Source: an uncultured SAR116 cluster alpha proteobacterium
GTDB taxonomy: Bacteria > Pseudomonadota > Alphaproteobacteria > Puniceispirillales > Marisalimonadaceae
Length of the DNA: 64,000 bases
NCBI GenBank assembly: GCA_902524215.1
Contig: CABZCK010000003.1
Coordinates: 22,247 to 86,246, forward strand
Direction of reading: 5' to 3'
A model generated the notes under the pieces. It was not told where the DNA came from, made no database searches, and saw only the letters and a list, made by a program, of their open reading frames with translations. The translations under genes were made by a program, and so were the position numbers. Positions 41,941 through 50,698 of this stretch are shown piece after piece. Each line of letters opens with the position of its first letter. Position 1 is the first letter of the stretch.

Positions 41941-42890
41941 AAATTCCTTCTTACTTGTATAATTTCAGCCATAATAGAAAGGGCAATTTCTTGTGGTGTT
42001 TTAGATGAAATATTTAATCCAATTGGCGCATGAATTTTACTAATTTGTTCTAAATTATAACCTTCCTTTTTTAGTCTCTCAATTCTACTTGCATGAGTTT
42101 TTTTACTCCCAAGGGAACCAATATAACCAACCTTAGAATTTAAAGCTATTTTTAATGCAAGATCATCTATTTTTGGATCATGGGTCAATGTAACTATATT
42201 GTCTGAAAAATTAAAATTATAATTTTTTAATGCAACATCTGGCCATTCGCTAATAATTAAATCATTTGGGAATCTTTTTTTATTTGCAAAATATTCTCTT
42301 GGGTCAATTATTATCACTTCATATTCACATATATTTGCTAATGAGGAAAGTGCTTGTGATAGATGAACTCCTCCTATTATAAAAAGACGCGGTTTTGGAT
42401 CGATTATATGATAAAAAATATTTTCTTTGTGATCTAAATAACTAGTCTTATTTTGTTCTTTATCTAATTTTGAAATAATTTCTCTTTTTCCAGTTTTACA
42501 ATCTGCTTTAATTATAACTCTTTCTCTTTTTTTAATCATATTTTTTGTTTTGATAATAATTTTGTCATCATTTTCTAATGGGTTTATTAATATTTTTAAA
42601 TTGCCACCGCATGCTAATCCAACTTCCCATGCTAAATCATTTGTGATACCATAATCCTTGATTCTATGCTTTTTGTCTTTCAATGAATCAAGAGCTTCTG
42701 TTATTACAGAGTTTTCTACACATCCTCCAGATACAGAACCTATAATTTCACCAGTCTCGTTAATAGCCATTTGACCACCAACTTGTCTAGGAGCACTTCC
42801 CCAAGTAGAAATAACAGTTGCAATTGCAACTTTATTTTTTTCTTTTAACCAGTTAAAAGTTGGTGTGATAATATCATCTAAATTATTCAT
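41937..42890 (-). CDS. XdhC/CoxI-family molybdoenzyme maturation protein
   Basis: 317 aa with an N-terminal XdhC_CoxI segment (ATVISTWGSAPRQVGGQMAI...GSVSGGCVE) and a C-terminal Rossmann-like half (LFIIGGVHLSQAL). Confidence 0.8.
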   Translation of the reverse strand: MNNLDDIITPTFNWLKEKNKVAIATVISTWGSAPRQVGGQMAINETGEIIGSVSGGCVENSVITEALDSLKDKKHRIKDYGITNDLAWEVGLACGGNLKILINPLENDDKIIIKTKNMIKKRERVIIKADCKTGKREIISKLDKEQNKTSYLDHKENIFYHIIDPKPRLFIIGGVHLSQALSSLANICEYEVIIIDPREYFANKKRFPNDLIISEWPDVALKNYNFNFSDNIVTLTHDPKIDDLALKIALNSKVGYIGSLGSKKTHASRIERLKKEGYNLEQISKIHAPIGLNISSKTPQEIALSIMAEIIQVRRNF

Positions 42891-42968
42891 ATTTTATTTT
42901 CATTAATTTTTTGTTATATTAATTTAATACTATCATTAATTAATTATTACAAACAAGGCTGTTTATAA

Positions 42969-43559
42969 ATGTTAAATCAAACAAATGCTGTAAATACTGA
43001 AACTTGGGTTGGAAACCTTATTAATAAGAATATAGAAAACATAAATGTAAAAATATTCTTTTCAATATTTACAGTTTTTTTAGGAAGCTTATTACTGATT
43101 GTTTCTGCAAAAATTAAAGTTCCTCTTTATCCTGTTCCAATGACTCTACAACCTATGGCAGTTTTAATGATTGCGATATTGTTTGGAAGAAATCTGGCAA
43201 CTCTAACAGTGGGATTATATATTTTTAAAGGTATTATAGGATTACCTGTTTTTGCATTTGGGGGCGGTCTAATGTATTTAATGGGTCCAACCGGAGGATT
43301 CATTTTAGGTTTTTTTGTTAGTGCGTTCATAATAGGGTATTTAGCTGATCGTGGATGGGGAAAAAAGATCTCTTTATCAATTATTTCAATGTTGATAGGT
43401 TTGGTTATAATTTACACTTTAGGGATTTTCCAATTAGCTCTTTTAAAAGGATTTAATTTTGCTTTATTAAAAGGCTTTTATCCCTTTTTGTTAGGTGATT
43501 TTTATAAATTGCTATTAGCTGGAATTATTGCTCCTTATTTTTGGAAAATATCTAAATAA
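42969..43559 (+). CDS. bioY: biotin transporter BioY (solitary S component)
   Basis: 196 aa with six helices. PVPMTLQPMAVLMIAILFG and GPTGGFILGF match BioY signatures. No bioM or bioN is adjacent. Confidence 0.85.
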   Translation: MLNQTNAVNTETWVGNLINKNIENINVKIFFSIFTVFLGSLLLIVSAKIKVPLYPVPMTLQPMAVLMIAILFGRNLATLTVGLYIFKGIIGLPVFAFGGGLMYLMGPTGGFILGFFVSAFIIGYLADRGWGKKISLSIISMLIGLVIIYTLGIFQLALLKGFNFALLKGFYPFLLGDFYKLLLAGIIAPYFWKISK

Positions 43560-43582
43560 CTTAAACTATAACTTTTTAAAAT

Positions 43583-43957
43583 ATGAATGTTAAAGCATTA
43601 GAAGCTTTTAATTTTTTATCAGAAAATCTTAATTCTCATTTGATTGACACGCGATCAGATTTAGAATGGAAGACAACTGGAATACCAGATTTGTCATCTA
43701 TAAATAAAGAAACTCATTTAGTTAATTGGGGTCCAGTTTTAGATCAATCTTTTTTTGAAAAATTTCAAAGATTTCTTTTATTTAAATTTAATCAAAAAGA
43801 TAGTCTTTTCTTTATATGTAGATCTGGCTCAAGGTCATTAATGGCAGCACAATTTGCAATTAAATTTGGTTTCAAAAAAAGTTTTAATATAAGTGAAGGA
43901 TTTTATAATGATAATGATCAAAACTGGATTAAAAATTTACCAATAAAATTTATTTAA
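43583..43957 (+). CDS. single-domain rhodanese-like protein
   Basis: 124 aa with LIDTRS and a canonical active-site loop CRSGSRS. Confidence 0.75.
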   Translation: MNVKALEAFNFLSENLNSHLIDTRSDLEWKTTGIPDLSSINKETHLVNWGPVLDQSFFEKFQRFLLFKFNQKDSLFFICRSGSRSLMAAQFAIKFGFKKSFNISEGFYNDNDQNWIKNLPIKFI

Positions 43958-44232
43958 GCATCATTAACAAAATTTTTAGTATTTTTAGAACTATCAACTT
44001 GTGAGTTATCAATTAAATCTTCTAGTGCATCTTCAAAAGCTAGAAGTTCAATATTTTCGTTAAGTTCAATATTATCAATTAAATAATCTTCAGGTGCAGT
44101 ATCTTCATTATGTTTAACATTTACAGCGATTATAGCTGCAATTGTAGACATAACTTGTTTATTTTTTTTCTTAAAATTATTGAAATTGATAATATTGGAA
44201 TTTGTTTTATTATATTTAGTTTTAGCAGACAT
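43954..44232 (-). CDS. hypothetical small protein (92 aa; basic N-terminus, acidic C-terminus)
   Basis: The ATG at 44232 is preceded by AAGAAGGT. It is the last gene of a three-gene minus-strand cluster. I recognise no family. Confidence 0.4.
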   Translation of the reverse strand: MSAKTKYNKTNSNIINFNNFKKKNKQVMSTIAAIIAVNVKHNEDTAPEDYLIDNIELNENIELLAFEDALEDLIDNSQVDSSKNTKNFVNDA

Positions 44233-44294
44233 TAGTATACCTTCTTAGTTTTATACACAATTTACATTAATTACAATATATTATTATAGATCAA

Positions 44295-45455
44295 TTATTG
44301 ACCAACTCTTCGAATAATTATTCTTCCTGAAGGTTTATTATTAACATTTTCAACCGTTCTTGTTGCAAGACTATAAAGGTTTGTTTCAATACCAAAATTG
44401 TCAACAACTGCAACTCTTGTTCTTATCTGATAACCAACTAAAACTTGATTAAGATTAAGTGATGGGCCGCTAACACTGTTAAGAGCAATCCAATTACGTC
44501 CATCTTTTGATTTTTCCCAACTTATATTTATTGAAGCTATCCCATCTTCGTCCGATAATGAATTTGAAATTGCCTTTAGAGTTGCGCCCTCTCTTGGAAG
44601 ACCATTTATTGTAACATCTCCCTGGACAGGATCATCTAAATTATCAATAGATTCTGATGGACTAGTGTATAATACCTCTCTGGTACCATGACTATCAACA
44701 TATGAAACAACGGCTCTAAAGGAATAGTTTACATGTTCTTGTTGTAATCTTAAAACTTCTCCGGTTCCTGATGAGAAAGCTTCCCAATCAGACTGTGATG
44801 AGGATCTTTGCCATGAAATTTCAAATCCGCCTATTCCATCTTCATCTGAAATACTTGATGTATCAACAACAAGAGCACTATCTTCAACTGGTGTTCCTAT
44901 AAGTCTAGCAGAACCAGTAGGCTTATCATTAACATTTTTTACTGAAGATGATGGTGGGCTAATTAATGTTTCTAAATTCCCTTGACCATCAACATATGAA
45001 ATTACAACTCTTAATTTCTTACCAACATGAATTTCTCTTGGTGTGAATGATTGGCTTACTTCTTTACTTATATTTTTCCAAGAATTTCCTGTATCTGATA
45101 TTTGCCATTGAACACTTACTTGACCCATACCATCTGAGTCAATAACTGATGACAAATCAACAATTAATGGTTCATCTTCAACTGCTGAAAATCCAGAAAC
45201 AGTCGAATCTTCAGTTTTGTTAGGAGTTTTTATATCTGATGTTTTTTTACTTTTATTTGAATTTATGCTTTTGTTTTTTGTTTTGTAAACTTTACTATGA
45301 TTATGTTGTTTAATATTAGATTTAGTTTGATAAACTTTTTTATCTTTAATACTTGGGTCTCCACCCGCAATTGAAAAATTAAAAGTCGTACTTGTAATAG
45401 TTAGTATAGCTGCTAATGAAGTATATTCACATAATTTAGCTAATAATTTACGCAT
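44295..45455 (-). CDS. secreted protein with three tandem cadherin-like ~97-aa repeats
   Basis: The ATG at 45455 is preceded by TGGAGA (the ORF track uses a TTG at 45467). It has a signal peptide, then a Lys/Asn/Ser-rich linker, then three repeats. Each repeat has S(D/I)(S/E)DG, an invariant W...W, VD..G, and ends in NVNDKPTG, NLDDPVQG or NVNNKPSG. Confidence 0.7.
   Translation of the reverse strand: MRKLLAKLCEYTSLAAILTITSTTFNFSIAGGDPSIKDKKVYQTKSNIKQHNHSKVYKTKNKSINSNKSKKTSDIKTPNKTEDSTVSGFSAVEDEPLIVDLSSVIDSDGMGQVSVQWQISDTGNSWKNISKEVSQSFTPREIHVGKKLRVVISYVDGQGNLETLISPPSSSVKNVNDKPTGSARLIGTPVEDSALVVDTSSISDEDGIGGFEISWQRSSSQSDWEAFSSGTGEVLRLQQEHVNYSFRAVVSYVDSHGTREVLYTSPSESIDNLDDPVQGDVTINGLPREGATLKAISNSLSDEDGIASINISWEKSKDGRNWIALNSVSGPSLNLNQVLVGYQIRTRVAVVDNFGIETNLYSLATRTVENVNNKPSGRIIIRRVGQ
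44325..45197 (-). repeat. three diverged in-frame tandem coding repeats (44913-45197, 44619-44912, 44325-44618)
   Basis: Manual alignment of residues 91-185, 186-283 and 284-381 of the 390-aa track ORF. The repeats are conserved at protein level and clearly diverged at DNA level. Confidence 0.7.
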
Positions 45456-45534
45456 TATTATCTCCAAACTTATAATATAAAATATTATATTATTCTATAA
45501 AATAAGATATTTTTATTTTTAATCAACAAAATAT

Positions 45535-45804
45535 TTATTTATCAAAATTTTTAATTATTTCATCTATTTCTTTGATTTGCTTATTAAGACTTAATTTAAT
45601 ATTGTTTAATTGATTAATGATTTTAATATTACCATTGTTTTTAGTAACATTTTGATCATCTGGTACAATTTTTGTTAAAACCATACTAAATTCGTCTTTA
45701 GAGTTTAAATCTAAGTTTTTAGCAAATTTTTCTATATTTAATAATTCTTCTTCTAATTTATCAAACTTGTTTTCTTCAGATTTAAGCATTATAATACCTT
45801 TCAT
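45535..45804 (-). CDS. hypothetical small coiled-coil protein (84-89 aa)
   Basis: Heptad-like, Lys/Glu/Asn-rich sequence. An internal ATG at 45789 has an AAAGGT Shine-Dalgarno sequence. It is the first gene of the three-gene cluster. I recognise no family. Confidence 0.4.
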   Translation of the reverse strand: MKGIIMLKSEENKFDKLEEELLNIEKFAKNLDLNSKDEFSMVLTKIVPDDQNVTKNNGNIKIINQLNNIKLSLNKQIKEIDEIIKNFDK

Positions 45805-45827
45805 TAATATTCATAGGTTTTGAAAAA

Positions 45828-46517
45828 ATGTCAATATTAGATTCAATCAAAAATAGTATATTTATACCAATTCATCCATCAGGGTTACCGTTTATTATAA
45901 TATTTTGTTTAATAACCTTAATAATTGGTTGGATTTGGTCTCCTTTGTTCTTCATTGGATTAATTTTAACCTTATGGTGTATATACTTTTTTAGAAACCC
46001 CGAAAGGATTGTTCCAAAAAACATCAATAATAATTTAGTCATAGCTCCAGCTGATGGAAAAATTATTGAAATTGAAGAGATTACTCCTGATGAAGAAATC
46101 GGCTTGCCAAAAAATAAATATATGAAAATTGGAATTTTTATGAACGTTTTCAATGTTCATGTAAATAGATCACCAATGTCTGGAACAATATATAAAAGAA
46201 ATTACATACCTGGTCTATTTATTAACGCAAGCTTAGATAAAGCATCTAAAGAAAATGAAAGATTATCCATAGTAATGAATGTTAATAATAGGATTAAGAT
46301 AGCTTTTGTACAAATTGCGGGGCTATTAGCAAGAAGAATTGTAAATGATGCTCAGGAAGGAAATAAACTTGTTACTGGTCAAATCTTTGGGATAATTAGA
46401 TTTGGAAGTAAAGTGGATGTTTATATTCCAATAGGATCAAAAATTAATGTTTTACAAGGACAAACTTCAATTGCTGGAGAAACTATTCTTGCTGAGATAG
46501 CGTCAAAAAAAAAATAA
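45828..46517 (+). CDS. psd: phosphatidylserine decarboxylase proenzyme
   Basis: 229 aa with the self-cleavage FGS motif (IIRFGSKVDVY) and an N-terminal membrane anchor. It is followed by pssA. Confidence 0.9.
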   Translation: MSILDSIKNSIFIPIHPSGLPFIIIFCLITLIIGWIWSPLFFIGLILTLWCIYFFRNPERIVPKNINNNLVIAPADGKIIEIEEITPDEEIGLPKNKYMKIGIFMNVFNVHVNRSPMSGTIYKRNYIPGLFINASLDKASKENERLSIVMNVNNRIKIAFVQIAGLLARRIVNDAQEGNKLVTGQIFGIIRFGSKVDVYIPIGSKINVLQGQTSIAGETILAEIASKKK

Positions 46518-46520
46518 ATT

Positions 46521-47312
46521 ATGAAAATTAAAGGTATTAAATTAGCTAGAAAAGCTTTTTCTGATCGACCAAAAAAATTTTCAATAACATGGCTTTTACC
46601 AAATTTTCTTACTATATGTGCCTTGATTTTTGGTTTGCAAGCTTTTTACCATGCGATGTTAGAAAATTGGAATTTGGTTATAATTTTTATAATTATTGCT
46701 GCTGTTTTTGATTTATTAGATGGAAGAGTGGCAAGACTATTAAAGTCAACAAGTAACTTTGGCATGTATTTGGATTCATTATCTGATTTTGTTGTATTTG
46801 GAACAATACCTCCAATCACAATTTATTTTTGGATGGGAGGAACTCAAAATAAATATTTGTGGATTGTGGCTGTACTTTTTATTATTTGTGCTGCATTAAG
46901 GCTTGCTAGATTTAACTCTGAACTTTCAGATAAACCTTCATATGCTAAAAATTATTTCAGCGGAATTCCTACTCCTGCTGCGGCATTTTTAGCTCTTTTA
47001 CCAATAACAGGTTTAGAAATTTTTAATCTAAATGAATTTAAAACAGAATTTTATATCAGTATTTGGATTTCATTAATTTCTATTGGAATGGTTAGTAATT
47101 TACCAACATTTTCTGGAAAAGTAATGCTTGTACCTAGAACATTTGTAATACCCTTTTTAATTCTTCTTGGAATTTTAAGTCATTATATAATTAGTGATCC
47201 AACTAAAGGTTTTACTCTTTTGGTGCTAGTCTATATTATATCAATATTTATATCACCTATATTCTATTATAGATTAAGATCAAGGTTTGAAAAAAATAAT
47301 AAAAACGATTAA
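46521..47312 (+). CDS. pssA: CDP-diacylglycerol--serine O-phosphatidyltransferase
   Basis: 263 aa with the CDP-alcohol phosphatidyltransferase motif DLLDGRVARLLKSTSNFGMYLDSLSD. Confidence 0.9.
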   Translation: MKIKGIKLARKAFSDRPKKFSITWLLPNFLTICALIFGLQAFYHAMLENWNLVIIFIIIAAVFDLLDGRVARLLKSTSNFGMYLDSLSDFVVFGTIPPITIYFWMGGTQNKYLWIVAVLFIICAALRLARFNSELSDKPSYAKNYFSGIPTPAAAFLALLPITGLEIFNLNEFKTEFYISIWISLISIGMVSNLPTFSGKVMLVPRTFVIPFLILLGILSHYIISDPTKGFTLLVLVYIISIFISPIFYYRLRSRFEKNNKND

Positions 47313-48319
47313 TTATTAAATAAGTCTTTCCAAGAAGGTTTGTCTCCTATGCTTATAGCTTCAAATATTGCTCGGTTACACGCTCTAGAAAATGTATCAG
47401 AAGCTATAGTACTAATTATAGTAAAGTCTAATTTGTTAATTTCTTCAGCTAATTGACTATTTTCATCAGCAGTTGAAATTGCAAAAATTGTATCACCGTC
47501 CATAGGGGTATGAGATGGATGAATTGATCTTGATATTGAACCATGACACATAACTGACATTCTTTTTAGCTGAATTCTATTTAATGGAGCATTTGTAGCA
47601 ACAATCCCAATAACAGTATTTAGTTGTTGAAAATTATTTGAAATTCTTTTTGCTCTTATTTTACCATCAAATTTTTCTTTTGGTAAGGTTAATCCACCTA
47701 ATTCGTTATTTATTTCAAGATAACCTGACAAAAAATTTGGACCATCGTTTAAAAGAGGGTTTCCTACAGCGTTATTAATAACTAAAGAACCAACTTTAAT
47801 TTTTTTTCCATTACTCAACTCTACTTCACTTGATGCTGAACCTTGGCCACCTTTTACAGTTGCGGTATTTGCTCCATATCCAGCACCTTTAGATCCTAGT
47901 GAAAAATTATCTGAAAGATTTTTATAAGCTTCATTTGCTAAAAATCTCCAAATTGATACATTATTTTCCCAATAATGATTTGTTTTTATTAAATCAAATA
48001 TGACAGCAGATGAAACCAAAGGTATAGAGTGATCTTTAACTCTGTACCCCTTTCCATCTTCAAGCAAAAGTTTTTGAACCTCAGAACTTGCATCAAGACC
48101 AAATGCTGATCCTCCTGATAAAACAATAGCATCAATTCTTCCAATAGAACTTTCAAGTTTAAGAATTTCTGTTTCTCTTGTTCCAGCTCCACCACCTCTT
48201 ACATCGACGGAAGCTGTAAAAGGACGAGGTCCAGATAATACGGTTACACCGGTAGAAAATTTATGGTCTTCTGCACAACCAACTAAAATTCCTTCAATAT
48301 CTGTAATTAAATTTTTCAT
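47309..48319 (-). CDS. peptidase family S58/P1 (DmpA-like L-aminopeptidase)
   Basis: 336 aa. ITDIEGILVG, TGVTVL and RGGGAGTRE, plus a later GIVATNA segment, are typical of DmpA/BapA Ntn-hydrolases. Confidence 0.8.
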   Translation of the reverse strand: MKNLITDIEGILVGCAEDHKFSTGVTVLSGPRPFTASVDVRGGGAGTRETEILKLESSIGRIDAIVLSGGSAFGLDASSEVQKLLLEDGKGYRVKDHSIPLVSSAVIFDLIKTNHYWENNVSIWRFLANEAYKNLSDNFSLGSKGAGYGANTATVKGGQGSASSEVELSNGKKIKVGSLVINNAVGNPLLNDGPNFLSGYLEINNELGGLTLPKEKFDGKIRAKRISNNFQQLNTVIGIVATNAPLNRIQLKRMSVMCHGSISRSIHPSHTPMDGDTIFAISTADENSQLAEEINKLDFTIISTIASDTFSRACNRAIFEAISIGDKPSWKDLFNN

Positions 48320-48333
48320 TTAATTTTTACAAT

Positions 48334-49332
48334 TTATCCGCCTGTTACGGACATGTGTCTATTAGAAGATACATTAATTCCACTTTTTGAGATATTAAAG
48401 TCGTGTCCTTTAGGTTTCTTTGAAATGGCTTTTATAAGACTATCTTTTAAATAGGATGAACCTTTATTTCTTAAAATATATTTTAAATCCACATGATCAT
48501 CTTGACCTAAACACATGTATAAAATTCCAGTACAAGTTAATCTTACTCGGTTACAACTTTCGCAGAAATTATGAGTCAATGGAGTTATAAAACCTAAGTC
48601 AATTTTTTTACCTTCTATTTTGTAATAACTAGCTGGTCCACCAGTTTTTTTTGGAATATTTGTTAGTTTAAATGATTTAGATAGTTTTTCTTTTAAATCT
48701 GATAATGGTAAGTATTGATTAAACCTATTTTCGCTTCCTATGTCTCCCATCGGCATTACTTCTATTAGCGTCATATCATATTCGTTGTATGAACACCATT
48801 CAATCATTTCGATAATTTGTTTTTCATTAAAATCCTTTAATACAACAGTATTTATTTTTACTTTAATTCCAACACTTTTTGCTTTTTCAATTCCAGTTAA
48901 TACTTTGTTTAAATCTCCCCATCTAGTAATTTCTCTAAATTTATTTGGATCTAAATGATCAAGGGATACGTTTACCCTATTAACTCCATTTTCTTTTAAA
49001 AAAAGTGCATACTTCTCAAGTTGACTTCCGTTAGTTGTTAAAGTCAATTCGTGTAACCCATTTCCAATTTTTTTCCCCAAGTTTTTAATTAAATTTAATA
49101 TCCCTTTTCTAACCAATGGTTCACCGCCTGTAAGTCTAATTTTTTTAGTACCAAGCTTTATGAATACATTGCAGATTGTTTCTAATTCTTCTAAAGAAAG
49201 AATATCTTTTTTGGGAAGAAAAGTCATATTTTCAGACATACAATAAGTACATCTAAAATCACACCTATCAGTGACTGATACTCTCAAATAATTTATTTCT
49301 CTTCCAAATGGATCAATCAGTTGATTTGACAA
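48334..49332 (-). CDS. moaA: GTP 3',8-cyclase (molybdenum cofactor biosynthesis protein A)
   Basis: 332 aa with a radical-SAM CDFRCTYC, a C-terminal auxiliary cluster CESCNRVRLTCTG and a terminal GG. Confidence 0.95.
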   Translation of the reverse strand: MSNQLIDPFGREINYLRVSVTDRCDFRCTYCMSENMTFLPKKDILSLEELETICNVFIKLGTKKIRLTGGEPLVRKGILNLIKNLGKKIGNGLHELTLTTNGSQLEKYALFLKENGVNRVNVSLDHLDPNKFREITRWGDLNKVLTGIEKAKSVGIKVKINTVVLKDFNEKQIIEMIEWCSYNEYDMTLIEVMPMGDIGSENRFNQYLPLSDLKEKLSKSFKLTNIPKKTGGPASYYKIEGKKIDLGFITPLTHNFCESCNRVRLTCTGILYMCLGQDDHVDLKYILRNKGSSYLKDSLIKAISKKPKGHDFNISKSGINVSSNRHMSVTGG

Positions 49333-49412
49333 AATTTATCCTTTAATTAACAAAAAAATAATTTAACCTAATTTTATATAATATTAACATTAACTATACA
49401 TAATAAATATAT

Positions 49413-50075
49413 ATGCAAAAAAGAAAAATTCATACAAAATCTCCAACTTTAGATATCCCTCCTAAACAAATAGTTTTTTTTCTACACGGATACGGTGCAG
49501 ATGGAGCAGATCTGATAGATCTTTCATCACCATTTTCGCTGGTTTTACCTTATGCAAAATTTATTTCTCCAGATGCCCCTTTTGATTGTAAAATGTCACC
49601 AATGGGTAAAGAATGGTTTCCAATAGAAGACATTCCAAATGGTGCAATAAAAGCATCAAATGAATTATTAAATTTAATTAAAGTTGAGTGTGATAAGGAA
49701 AATTTAAAATTTGGCAATGTCTTATTAATTGGGTTTTCGCAAGGTGCAATGATGAGCATTCAAAGTTTATTATTGAGTGACCATAATTTTCTAGGGATTG
49801 TTGGTTATTCAGGTGGAACTTCCCAAGAGAATATAAATGCGTCAAAACATTTAATTTATAAAAATGTACATAGAAATTCTTCAACACCTATATTATTAGT
49901 CCATGGAGAAGAAGATGATGTTGTGCCATTTAGCTCTTTAGAACATGCAAAAAAATTATTAACTGAAATTGGATTTGACGTTAAAACAGTAAATAGACCT
50001 GGATTAGCTCATGGGATAGATCCAGATGGTATTTCTGCTGGTATGGATTTTGTAAAAAATATAATCAAATTTTAA
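49413..50075 (+). CDS. phospholipase/carboxylesterase-family alpha/beta hydrolase
   Basis: 220 aa with FLHGYGADG, the nucleophile elbow GFSQGAMM and a distal HGEEDDVV...HG. Confidence 0.8.
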   Translation: MQKRKIHTKSPTLDIPPKQIVFFLHGYGADGADLIDLSSPFSLVLPYAKFISPDAPFDCKMSPMGKEWFPIEDIPNGAIKASNELLNLIKVECDKENLKFGNVLLIGFSQGAMMSIQSLLLSDHNFLGIVGYSGGTSQENINASKHLIYKNVHRNSSTPILLVHGEEDDVVPFSSLEHAKKLLTEIGFDVKTVNRPGLAHGIDPDGISAGMDFVKNIIKF

Positions 50076-50143
50076 AGTAGATTTAACAAAACTGAAATAA
50101 TTGTTGTAAATAGTAAAATATTGCTTTTAAATTTAATAAATAT

Positions 50144-50698
50144 ATGCTTAATTTTTCACCTACTCTTGTATTAAATGCAGATTATCAACCTCTAAGCTAT
50201 TACCCACTTTCTTTATGGTCATGGCAAGACTCTGTAAAAGCAGTTTTTTTGAATAGAGTTAATATCGTTGCAGAATATGATCAAGTAATTAATTCTCCTA
50301 ATTTCTCTCTAAAGTTGCCAAGTGTGATTGCTTTAAAAGAATATATATCAGCAAAAAAAGACCCTGCTTTTACAAGGTTTAATGTTTTTTTAAGAGATAA
50401 ATTTACATGTCAATATTGCGGAATAAGGAAAAAAATTAAAGATCTAACTTTTGATCATATAATACCGAGATCTCATGGAGGAAAAACTAATTGGCTAAAT
50501 GTAGTTTCAGCTTGTAGAAGTTGTAATTTCAAAAAAGGAAATAAATCCTTGAGGAACTCAGGATTAAAATTAAGAATTAAACCACATATAGCATCTGATG
50601 TAATATTAAAAAACAATGGTAGATTATTTCCTCCAAATTTTTTGCATGAGACTTGGATGGACTTTTTGTATTGGGATACAGAACTTACTAAAAATTAA
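50144..50698 (+). CDS. HNH endonuclease-domain protein
   Basis: 184 aa. CQYCG...DHIIPRSHGGKTNWLNVVSACRSCNFKKGN is a complete HNH/zinc-finger core. The N-terminal ~90 aa are of unknown function. Confidence 0.8.
   Translation: MLNFSPTLVLNADYQPLSYYPLSLWSWQDSVKAVFLNRVNIVAEYDQVINSPNFSLKLPSVIALKEYISAKKDPAFTRFNVFLRDKFTCQYCGIRKKIKDLTFDHIIPRSHGGKTNWLNVVSACRSCNFKKGNKSLRNSGLKLRIKPHIASDVILKNNGRLFPPNFLHETWMDFLYWDTELTKN

Noticed and set aside
49333-49412. Searched for riboswitches: Moco upstream of moaA, THF upstream of folE (18067-18149), and leaders upstream of bioY (42891-42968) and pckA (35326-35456)
   Set aside because: All these spacers are short (78-131 nt), almost pure A/T, and lack the GC-containing conserved stems of the known classes. 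This was not verified with covariance models.
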